NCBI GenBank assembly: GCA_965248755.1
Contig: OZ252149.1
Coordinates: 3,328,001-3,392,000 of the forward strand
Direction of reading: 5' to 3'
Source of the DNA: Candidatus Latescibacterota bacterium
GTDB taxonomy: Bacteria > Latescibacterota > CBDEFO01
DNA: 64,000 nucleotides
Made by a program: the position numbers and the translations under genes. Under the pieces are notes generated by a model. It searched no databases, had not been told where the DNA came from, and saw only the letters and a program-made list of their open reading frames with translations. Below, one piece after another: positions 20,059-28,408 of this stretch; the stretch's first letter is position 1; every line of letters starts with the position of its first letter.

Positions 20059-21300
20059 TCACTCGTATCTTATAGCCTCTACAGGGTCCAGAGACGATGC
20101 CTTAAATGCCGGGTAGACAGAGGCCATTAGGCAGATGATCAAAGCCGCTGTGGATATTAAGACGAAATCCATCAATCGCACATCGACCGGAACAGCGCTT
20201 ATAATATAAATATCGGCAGGGAGCGACACAATCTTAAACTTTTCCTGAGCCCAACAGAGCGTATATCCTATTATATTGCCTATAAAAATTCCCAGTGTTC
20301 CGACGGATAATCCATTGAACACAAATATCTTCTTTATGCTCCAGGAAGTAGCTCCCATAGATTTCAAAATTCCAATCTCCTTGGTCTTTTCAAGGACAAT
20401 CATAACCAGAGTGCTCGTTATACTGAAGGCCGCCACTACGATTATAAGGCTTAAGACTACAAATGACGCCCTCTTTTCTATCTCCATCCAATTGTATAGT
20501 GTCCTGTTGAGTTGATTCCAGGTTATGACGTTGTAGGGATAGCTCAGCTTTTCTCTTATCTTGTTCGCCACATCGTCGGTCAGGTCCATATCATCCAGCT
20601 TGACCTCAACGCCCGTTACGCCATCTTTAAGTTCAAATATCCGTTGAGCCGATTCTATGGAAATGATAACCCAGGATGAGTCTAAATCGTAAATTCCGGT
20701 TTCAAAGAACCCGCTTATTCTAAATGCATAATACTTAGGCGTTCCAAACGAAGCACCCGCTCCCAGACCCTGAGGGATGAAGATGAAGACAGTATCCTCA
20801 ATTCCCACCTTTAGCCTGTTTGCAAGCGCATATCCTATTGTGATGCCATATATATTGGACTTGTCTAACTTGCCGAGATCAAGATCTCCATCAATTATAT
20901 TTTGCTCTATATTCGATGTCCTTTTTATGCCTTCTTCGGCCACACCCTTTACGTGTACTCCGTCGGAGATATGGGGTTTCCCCTTTCTTAGGATTACTGC
21001 CTTCCCATAGACGTAAGGGGAGACTCCCATAACATCATCTGTCTTTTCGATCTCCTTTTCTATCCCTTCATAATCTTCGATCGCCCCCGCATAGTATGCT
21101 ACAACCCTCAAATGGGCGTCCCAGCCTATAAACCTATTTCTGATCTCCGAAGAAAACCCGTTCATTATGGATAAGGTTATGATCAGAGCGGCCACGCCCA
21201 CTGCCACACCACCCACAGATATGTATGCTATAGCCGATACAAAACCCGTCTTGCGTTTGGACTTGAGGTATCTTTTGGCTATGAAGAATTCATAGGACAT
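20059..21300 (-). CDS. lolC: Lipoprotein-releasing ABC permease (LolC/E)
   Basis: FIAKRYL...SIMNGF, EKTKEIGILKSMGA, DPVEAIRYE. Confidence 0.9.
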   Translation of the reverse strand: MSYEFFIAKRYLKSKRKTGFVSAIAYISVGGVAVGVAALIITLSIMNGFSSEIRNRFIGWDAHLRVVAYYAGAIEDYEGIEKEIEKTDDVMGVSPYVYGKAVILRKGKPHISDGVHVKGVAEEGIKRTSNIEQNIIDGDLDLGKLDKSNIYGITIGYALANRLKVGIEDTVFIFIPQGLGAGASFGTPKYYAFRISGFFETGIYDLDSSWVIISIESAQRIFELKDGVTGVEVKLDDMDLTDDVANKIREKLSYPYNVITWNQLNRTLYNWMEIEKRASFVVLSLIIVVAAFSITSTLVMIVLEKTKEIGILKSMGATSWSIKKIFVFNGLSVGTLGIFIGNIIGYTLCWAQEKFKIVSLPADIYIISAVPVDVRLMDFVLISTAALIICLMASVYPAFKASSLDPVEAIRYE

Positions 21301-21307
21301 CTAAGTA

Positions 21308-21370
21308 AGTAGGCAGTAGGCAGTAGACAGTAGACAGTGCACCGCCTCCCATCCCTGTATGCCATCTACT
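21308..21370 (+). repeat. Heptamer-repeat element (AGTAGRC)n with a conserved tail, copy 1
   Basis: agtaggc agtaggc agtagac agtagac agt gcaccgcctcccatccctgtatgcc; homologous copy at 49378-49440. Confidence 0.75.
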
Positions 21371-21372
21371 AT

Positions 21373-21411
21373 TTCGGTTTCCATAGTCTTGTCAAGACTA
21401 TGGAAACCGAA
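21373..21411. repeat. Perfect 19-bp inverted repeat
   Basis: ttcggtttccatagtcttg-t-caagactatggaaaccgaa. Confidence 0.9.
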
Positions 21412-21441
21412 CTCATATTCGTTCAAGGGTGTAAAAAGGCG

Positions 21442-21829
21442 TTATTCCATCTCATCAACATCCCTTATAAATCCCTCGGCCCTTGAAAACTCATTTTCAA
21501 TCTCCGAAGGGACAAGATCTCCATCGTAGAAGGCTTTCTGATGCAGGAAGTAGTCTCTTGCCATAAATCTGTCAAAGAGAGCCTTTTCTTTGATAAGCTC
21601 GTTTTTCCTTTCTAAGTCCCGTATCCTTATTCTTCTATCCCTGCGGCTCCTGGGAAGGGGCGTAACGTCCATCTTTTGTAAGAAAGCGTTTACAGCTTGA
21701 ACAATCGCCCCCCCACGCCTTCTCACAGGCATCTCGCATCAGAATATAATTATGGGCTCTTTTGCTTTCCTCAAATTCCTTTTCTGCCTTATGCCAGGCA
21801 TCGTTTAATATTTCGTCCGCGGCGCCCAT
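21442..21829 (-). pseudogene. PaREP1/HEPN-like protein frameshifted in a G7 run
   Basis: ORFs 21635-21829 and 21442-21732 join as ...RDACEKAWGAIVQAVNAFL... if one G is removed from the G7 at 21708-21714. Confidence 0.7.
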
Positions 21830-21921
21830 ATGAGGTGCTCTTATCTACTGGGCGAGGTAATCTCGCCCATACTGTCTTTGCCTTTCCCTGTTTACTATCT
21901 AACTGACTACTATCTACTTGT

Positions 21922-23418
21922 TTACCCTTCGGGCCTCATCTGAGGAAATAAGATAACGTCTCTTATAGATGGAGAGTCTGTGAGCAACATCACCAATCTA
22001 TCTATGCTTATTCCCAATCCTCCAGTGGGAGGCATCCCGTACTCCATCGCCTTCATATAGTCCTCGTCCAGGACTTGAGCCTCCTCATCGCCCTGCTCTT
22101 TCAGCCTCATCTGCTCTTCGAACCTCTTTTTTTGGTCTATCGGGTCATTCAGTTCCGAAAAGGCGTTTCCTATCTCCATTCCACAGACAAAAGGCTCGAA
22201 CCGCTCTGCTAAGAGGGGATCATCTCTGTGCCTTTTGGCAAGGGGCGCCGTCTCCAGAGGATAGTCCGTAATAAACGTGGGCTGTACGAGGTGATCTTTG
22301 ACGTACTGGTCGAAGATCTTATCTATCATTTTACCGATTCCCATGCTCGAATCTACCTCCACATTCAGGTCCTTACAAATACTCTTCAAGTCCCCCTCTG
22401 AAGTGCCAAATAGATCGAGTCCCGTATGTTCCCTGATCGCGTCAGACATCTTGACTCTGTTCCAGGGAGGCGAAAAATCTATCTTTTGTCCCTGGTATTC
22501 GACCTGCATGGAGCCAACAACCTTCTCCGCAGTCTGGGAGATCATCTCCTCAGCTATCTCCATGATATCGTAGTAGTCCGCATAAGCCAGATATAGTTCC
22601 AAAAGTGTGAATTCTGGATTATGCTCCCGATCCATTCCCTCGTTTCGGAAATCCTGGCAAAACTCGTAGACCTTACCGTAGCCCCCCACAATGAGACGTT
22701 TGAGATAGAGTTCGTCGGAGATTCGAAGGTAGAGCGTAAGACCAAGGGCGTTGTGATAGGTGGTAAAGGGTCTTGCCGATGCTCCACCGTAGAGCGGCTG
22801 AAGTATCGGTGTTTCCATCCTTACAAACCCCTTTTCGCGGAGATACTTTTCCAACTCCCAGATGATCCGATCCCGCTTTAAGAAGACCTCCCGAACGTCG
22901 GGGTTTAGTATCACATCCAGGTAGCGTTGACGGTATCTTTGCTCCTTGTCGGAGAATTCGTCATAGACTATTCTGCTTCCATCCTGGATCTTATCCTTGG
23001 GAACGGGCAGAGGACGGATAGATTTGCAGAGAAGCTCCACTTCCTGAGCCGATAAGGTTATCTCTCCCGTGCGGGTTTTAAAGACCTTTCCTCTTATGCC
23101 TACAATATCGCCTATGTCAAAGAGCTCATACAGACCGAACTGATCGTCGCCCAGGGTGTCCTTGCGGAAGTATATCTGAATCTTCCCGTCTTCGTCCTGA
23201 ATGTGTCCAAACCCGGTCTTGCCGTGGCTTCTGATAGACATCAACCTTCCGGCTACTGCCACTACTGATTTTGACGTCTCCAGGTTTTCTGAGTTCCTAA
23301 TAACTTCAGAGGATAAGTGTGTTACTTCAAATCTGTACGGATAAGGATTTACTCCTTTCTCCTTAATCTTCAATAACTTTTCGAGCCTCTGTTTTATCAG
23401 GTGCCTCTCTTCGTTCAA
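21922..23418 (-). CDS. lysS: Lysyl-tRNA synthetase, class II
   Basis: RYRQRYLD, GGASARPF, FRNEG, YGMPPTGGLG; TTG start with AGGAG RBS. Confidence 0.98.
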   Translation of the reverse strand: MNEERHLIKQRLEKLLKIKEKGVNPYPYRFEVTHLSSEVIRNSENLETSKSVVAVAGRLMSIRSHGKTGFGHIQDEDGKIQIYFRKDTLGDDQFGLYELFDIGDIVGIRGKVFKTRTGEITLSAQEVELLCKSIRPLPVPKDKIQDGSRIVYDEFSDKEQRYRQRYLDVILNPDVREVFLKRDRIIWELEKYLREKGFVRMETPILQPLYGGASARPFTTYHNALGLTLYLRISDELYLKRLIVGGYGKVYEFCQDFRNEGMDREHNPEFTLLELYLAYADYYDIMEIAEEMISQTAEKVVGSMQVEYQGQKIDFSPPWNRVKMSDAIREHTGLDLFGTSEGDLKSICKDLNVEVDSSMGIGKMIDKIFDQYVKDHLVQPTFITDYPLETAPLAKRHRDDPLLAERFEPFVCGMEIGNAFSELNDPIDQKKRFEEQMRLKEQGDEEAQVLDEDYMKAMEYGMPPTGGLGISIDRLVMLLTDSPSIRDVILFPQMRPEG

Positions 23419-23523
23419 TCCAGTCTCCTGTCAAAATCTTCGTTTTGCGCCCAAAAGTTCTTCGATACACCCATGCGGATGGATCAGAATGGTGCAAGTA
23501 CTGGGGACTCTTAAAGCCCATAA

Positions 23524-23552
23524 AATATAAGAAAACCTTGACACAAAGTCAA
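23524..23552 (-). promoter_or_regulatory. Sigma70 promoter for lysS
   Basis: TTGACT-17 nt-TATATT on the minus strand. Confidence 0.65.
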
Positions 23553-23598
23553 GGATTCGTTTAGAAAATCTATATTGTGAAAGGTATGGAGTACCAGT

Positions 23599-24685
23599 TT
23601 ACGCATTTGGGTACCGAATAAGATATTCCCTTATAAACTCGTCTATTTCTCCGTCCATGACAGATTGAGTATTGCTCGTCTCGACCCCTGTTCGGTGATC
23701 CTTGACCATATTGTAGGGATGGAAAACGTAAGATCTTATCTGACTTCCCCACTCTATGCTCTTTTTTTGGCTTTCTATCTTCTCCATCTTCTTTTTTTCC
23801 TCTTCCTTATAGTGCTGATAGAGCCTCGACATAAGTACCTTCATCGCCGTGCTTTTGTTCCTGTGCTGAGACCTTTCCGCCTGACACTGAACTGTAATGT
23901 TAGTCGGAAGATGAGTTATCCTAATTGCAGAGTCAGTTTTGTTGACGTGCTGGCCCCCTGCTCCGCTTGAGCGAAAGGTATCTATCTTAAGATCTTTGTC
24001 GTTTATGTCTATCTCGATTTCGCTGTCGGCTTCAGGATAGACAAAGACAGAGGCAAAAGAGGTATGTCTCCTGCTCTTGGCGTCGAAGGGAGAGATCCTT
24101 ACGAGCCGATGCACGCCCGCTTCGGCCTTAAGATAGCCGTAGGCGTGTTCCCCTTTAACTTCGATAGTGGCGTTTTTGATGCCTGCCTCGTCCCCGGGCT
24201 GAATATCTAAAATGCTGCTTTTAAAGCCGTGATTCTCAATCCATTTGAGGTACATCCTCATCAGCATATTGGCCCAGTCGGAAGATTCGGTACCTCCCGC
24301 GCCAGGATGGATCGTAAGTATGGCGTCCCTTGGGTCGTCCTGACCGCCCAGCATCCTTTGGAGCTCTAACTCCTCTATGCCATTTTCTAACTTACCGAGT
24401 TCCGCCTCCACTTCGTCCTTTTCAACGTCAAGCTGATAGAGCACCTCCAGGTCTTCGTACTCAGAGTTTAAGGTCCGCCACTTCAAAACGGGCTTCTTAA
24501 GGACGTTGAAGCGGTCTATCGTCTTTCGAGCTGCCTCTCTGTCGTTCCAGAAGTTCGGCTCCGACATTTTGGATTCTAACCGGGATATTTCCTCCTCCTT
24601 AGAACCTAAGTCAAAGATAACTCCTTAGATTGTCCAGTTTCTTCCTGCAATCTCCGAGTTTACTTTCCAGCAGTTCGTCTCCCAT
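23599..24685 (-). CDS. prfB: Peptide chain release factor 2 with programmed +1 frameshift
   Basis: ATG at 24685 gives 24 codons ending AGG AGT TAT CTT TGA C (24610-24625), then +1 into the long ORF; SPF and GGQ motifs. Confidence 0.97.
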
Positions 24686-24703
24686 TTTGCCTCCTTACGG
24701 TCT

Positions 24704-25300
24704 TTAGGTTTTTTTCTGGGCTTCTTCTTTTTCCAGAATCTCTTTTATCTCCTCCTCTCGCCATTTAGCTCTGTCGAATTTAAGATGCTCAGCTGTAACG
24801 TTTCGGGGAATTTCAAATACGATCTGTCCAGTTATCGCCTCGTCCCTTTCCAAGTAAAACTCTCCAAACTCGCCGCCCCGCTCTATAAACATAGGTGAAT
24901 TGGACAGAGGAAAGTGCTCCTTTCCGTCTGAGTCCACAAGTAAAAAGCATTCTCTCAGGGTCGGATAGGCAAGTTTGAAGCGACATTCCATCTCTAAAAA
25001 GAGCACAACGAACTGCTTGTCCTTGCGTGGAATAACGCCCTGATACCTCGGTACGGTCACCACCTTGTCCACAGTCACGATCATAGGTTTCCTCACCCTT
25101 GATGCTAAATCGGGCAGCATTTCAAAGGGAGAAAGTGATGAGTCTTTGAACTGTATGTAGAGCATAACGGGTATTGTTAAAATAGCCAGTCCCAAGACCA
25201 ATCTGTGAACAAGAAGGATTTTTTGCTTGCTCCTCTTTAAGAGGGACTCTCTAGATCGGGAGTATTTACTTTGGCGGCTGTATTTATCTTTCACTACCAT
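24704..25300 (-). CDS. Membrane-anchored protein with a DUF4352-like Ig-fold domain
   Basis: Single TM helix; FLLVDSDGKEH...ITGQIVFEIP pattern. Confidence 0.55.
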   Translation of the reverse strand: MVVKDKYSRQSKYSRSRESLLKRSKQKILLVHRLVLGLAILTIPVMLYIQFKDSSLSPFEMLPDLASRVRKPMIVTVDKVVTVPRYQGVIPRKDKQFVVLFLEMECRFKLAYPTLRECFLLVDSDGKEHFPLSNSPMFIERGGEFGEFYLERDEAITGQIVFEIPRNVTAEHLKFDRAKWREEEIKEILEKEEAQKKT

Positions 25301-25318
25301 AGGAAACCATTGTGCTGT

Positions 25319-25798
25319 CTATTTAAATTTCTCTCTCAATCTTCGATAGGTTTCCTCCAGTCCCTCAGAGATCACCTTGGTATCCCCAATTATGGGCATA
25401 AAATTCGTATCCCCTTTCCATCTGGGAACGATGTGCAGATGAACGTGCTCTTCTATGCCCGCTCCGGCGACGCGGCCTATGTTCATTCCCAAGTTGAAGC
25501 CCTGGGGATTCAAGGCTTCCTGGAGAGTAGACAGGGACATCTCCATTAACTTGAACATCTCCAGCTTCTCGTCGTCCGACAGATCACCGATATGTGAGGT
25601 ATGTCTCTTAGGAACGATCATCAGATGGCCGTTGTTGTAAGGGAATAGGTTCATAATAACATATACCACTTTTCCCCTTTTGAGGATCAGATTCTCCTTA
25701 TCTTTGTTCTCCTCCCACTTGTCGCAGAATATGCAACCTTGGGAGTCGTCAACACTCTCTATGTATTTGATCCTCCAGGGCGCCCAGAGATTTTCCAT
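25319..25798 (-). CDS. HIT family hydrolase (Ap4A phosphorylase-like)
   Basis: LWAPWR, CIFC, NLFPYNNGH, HVHLHIVPRW. Confidence 0.93.
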   Translation of the reverse strand: MENLWAPWRIKYIESVDDSQGCIFCDKWEENKDKENLILKRGKVVYVIMNLFPYNNGHLMIVPKRHTSHIGDLSDDEKLEMFKLMEMSLSTLQEALNPQGFNLGMNIGRVAGAGIEEHVHLHIVPRWKGDTNFMPIIGDTKVISEGLEETYRRLREKFK

Positions 25799-25806
25799 AG
25801 TGTGTC

Positions 25807-27687
25807 CTATCTTTTTATGGCTATTTTCCCAGTCTTTTCAAAGTCTTTAGCCTGGATGAGATAGTAATAAATACCGCTTGACACATCTTCGCCTGAGGCA
25901 TTCTGCCCGTTCCAGAATGGGACTCTGCTCCCTTTAGTGTAGTCTCCGGCCTGAAGGAAGCTGTTGAAGGCAATAATACTCCTCACCAGTTCGCCAGAGG
26001 ATGAGAATATGCTCAAATACACCGCAGAGTCTTGCGCTAAACTGATGGGGAAGAATATACTGGCGCTTGAAGGATTGGGAAAGGGAGATTCGACCACTGT
26101 CTGGCCCGAAGGGGCGCTGGGATCAAATATCGGATCTCGATCTTCTCCGTTTACCAGAGTATTCAGCGTATCTGCCGCCGCTAATCTTGCGGCGGCGTGG
26201 GCGTCCACTAATCCCCAACCGTAGAGCGTATCGGGTCCGGAGGGCCCCAGGTCTTTTGCTGTCTCCTTGAGGCTCCCTATTATCTGGGCAGGGCCCCACG
26301 AAGGATTGATCTGTAGAAGGAGAACGCATGCTCCTGCTACCAAAGGAGCCGAAAAAGACGTGCCGTTGCGAGATTCATAGGAGTTAGGATCATTTGACGA
26401 AGCTACGACGACGTTGATTCCCCTTGCCACGACGTCCGGCTTTATCCGATTGTCGGCTGTCGGACCGAGGGAACTGAAGGTCGCCAGTCCATTCCCTGCG
26501 TCAATAGCTCCCACTGTTATAACGCTTTCGGCGTCAGCGGGAACGGTTATCTTCTGCCAGGGAGTGTTCCCCTGGTTCCCGGCGGAGACTACGACCGTAA
26601 TCCCCTTTAAGACCGCTATCTGGGCCGCTATAGTAGTCTTGGCAGTCTTTCCGTCCAGATCCTTGAGAGTGTAACTTTCCCCCGTCCCTTCATCCCAGAT
26701 ATTATATCCCAGGGAACTGCTGACCACATCTGCGCCGAGGCTGTCGGCCCACTCTATTCCGGCGACCCAGAAGTCCTCCTCTATAGGCGTCTCGCTCGAT
26801 ACATCTTCGGTCTTGGCCAGAGCAAACTCGGAGCCGAAAGCGGCCCCCACAAAATTTCCGGGATCGTAGCCTCCTATCGTCGAAAGGACCCAGGTTCCGT
26901 GAGATTCCTGCGGCCTCCCATGTTCATCCCGGCCGTCCTGTCCCGGCTCGTCACGGACGACGTCGTCTTTGTTTATGAAATCCCTTTGAGCTACTATGTT
27001 TATCCCAGAAAGAGCATTATGATTTATCTCGTAGCCGGTATCCAGAAGGCATATTCTGACCCCTTCGCCGTGGTACCCCATGTCGTGGACACCTATTACT
27101 CCTATATGATTCAGTTGGCCAAACGACAGCCCGTAGTCAATTGTGGTGGAAGTACTTTCCTCTTTATTGCGAAGAATTTTAGGAGAAATGTCCGAGGGAG
27201 ACGGCTCAAAGCGTCTGTAGTGTTTTACAGATTCCACGAGTTTAACGTATGAAAGCTCTTTTATCCCTTCGATCTGTTCTGCATTAGCCGAGACACTGAC
27301 TCCGTTGAGCCAGCGGGAGACGACTCTGATATTGGCTCCTGTCTTTTTTACCCCCTCTATGTATTCCTCATACACGGGCATATCCCGAAAGTCCACCAAC
27401 TCCTCTTGGGGCAAAACTTTTGCCCTCCTTTTTAAAGAGCGTTCGGATATTTGCCGGAAAGCCTTTTTATTCAGTTGGGACGAGCCGATGTCTCCCTTAT
27501 CTTTAAACATCGCCCAGACGTTGTAGGTTTCATTTTCATCCCTACGGGATATCTTATCTCTAAGTTCCGCACTTATCTTGAAAGAGGGAAAAATACCTGC
27601 ATAGCAGTATAAGGGAGCAATAAGAGAAATTATAATTGCGATTCCCACGATGCGGTTTTTGAACAGCCCCTTTATCCTATCTTTCAT
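25807..27687 (-). CDS. Secreted S8 subtilisin-like serine protease with a FlgD-Ig/T9SS-type C-terminal domain
   Basis: LDTG, HGT, NGTSFSAP triad; tail PFPNP...WNGQN...SSGIYYY. Confidence 0.93.
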   Translation of the reverse strand: MKDRIKGLFKNRIVGIAIIISLIAPLYCYAGIFPSFKISAELRDKISRRDENETYNVWAMFKDKGDIGSSQLNKKAFRQISERSLKRRAKVLPQEELVDFRDMPVYEEYIEGVKKTGANIRVVSRWLNGVSVSANAEQIEGIKELSYVKLVESVKHYRRFEPSPSDISPKILRNKEESTSTTIDYGLSFGQLNHIGVIGVHDMGYHGEGVRICLLDTGYEINHNALSGINIVAQRDFINKDDVVRDEPGQDGRDEHGRPQESHGTWVLSTIGGYDPGNFVGAAFGSEFALAKTEDVSSETPIEEDFWVAGIEWADSLGADVVSSSLGYNIWDEGTGESYTLKDLDGKTAKTTIAAQIAVLKGITVVVSAGNQGNTPWQKITVPADAESVITVGAIDAGNGLATFSSLGPTADNRIKPDVVARGINVVVASSNDPNSYESRNGTSFSAPLVAGACVLLLQINPSWGPAQIIGSLKETAKDLGPSGPDTLYGWGLVDAHAAARLAAADTLNTLVNGEDRDPIFDPSAPSGQTVVESPFPNPSSASIFFPISLAQDSAVYLSIFSSSGELVRSIIAFNSFLQAGDYTKGSRVPFWNGQNASGEDVSSGIYYYLIQAKDFEKTGKIAIKR

Positions 27688-27691
27688 CTTT

Positions 27692-28408
27692 CTATCTTGT
27701 GTCTATCACCTCCACGCCTTGGGGAGGGCTAAATTGAAAGATGGAATCTTCCAGATCGGAATCTGTCACCACGCTGGACAGTACATAGGTAGTTACATCC
27801 TCGTTTATATCCATCTGTTTCACCTTCAAGGTCACCCACTCTTTTTTATCTATCCATACTTTCATCCTGGTGATATAAGCATCCTTGCTGTTGGAGGTAA
27901 GCTCCAGGATGTGACATTTCTTCCCAGCCATCTTATCCTCACCCAAATAGAGCGGATCGTAGTTTTGTGTGTACTCGAACAGTATCTTTTCTGGGCTGTC
28001 GGGATTACCCTGTGGATCGTATCTGGATATGAGGACCTGATTGTTGTCGGGAGTATAGTTCCAGAGGTCTTTTCCATCCGTCACCAATGTCTGTTGATCG
28101 GTCTGAAGCCTGAATTTATCGGGCTTTCTGATGTATAACTTGCCCTTGAACTTCTGAGTCTGTTCGGCCAAAGACCAGTAGAAAGTCTTCTTAAAATCCG
28201 CCGAGAAGTCCTTCATATTCGCGAACTTCTCCCTGACCTTTTTAAGAACCTCCTCCCCTTCAAGGGCGTAAGATGGGGAGTAAAAGGAAAGGATGCAGAT
28301 TACTAAAGCAAGTATAATCCTGAAATTAGAAATCAGACAAAACTTACAACGTGTGTTCATTTTGAAGGGATCTTGTCGTGGGCTCTGTTTCATCAGTTGG
28401 CATCCCAA
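27692..28408 (-). CDS. lolA: Outer membrane lipoprotein carrier protein (true start probably downstream)
   Basis: FSADF, KPDKFR, VTDGKDLW, FQFSPPQG; follows ftsK. Confidence 0.88.
   Translation of the reverse strand: MGCQLMKQSPRQDPFKMNTRCKFCLISNFRIILALVICILSFYSPSYALEGEEVLKKVREKFANMKDFSADFKKTFYWSLAEQTQKFKGKLYIRKPDKFRLQTDQQTLVTDGKDLWNYTPDNNQVLISRYDPQGNPDSPEKILFEYTQNYDPLYLGEDKMAGKKCHILELTSNSKDAYITRMKVWIDKKEWVTLKVKQMDINEDVTTYVLSSVVTDSDLEDSIFQFSPPQGVEVIDTR

Noticed and set aside
21308..21338. Short repeats as a CRISPR array
   Set aside because: 7-bp tandem units without unique spacers, and no cas genes in the window
23419..23523. Lysine riboswitch or T-box before lysS
   Set aside because: The leader is only about 100 nt and lacks the conserved motifs
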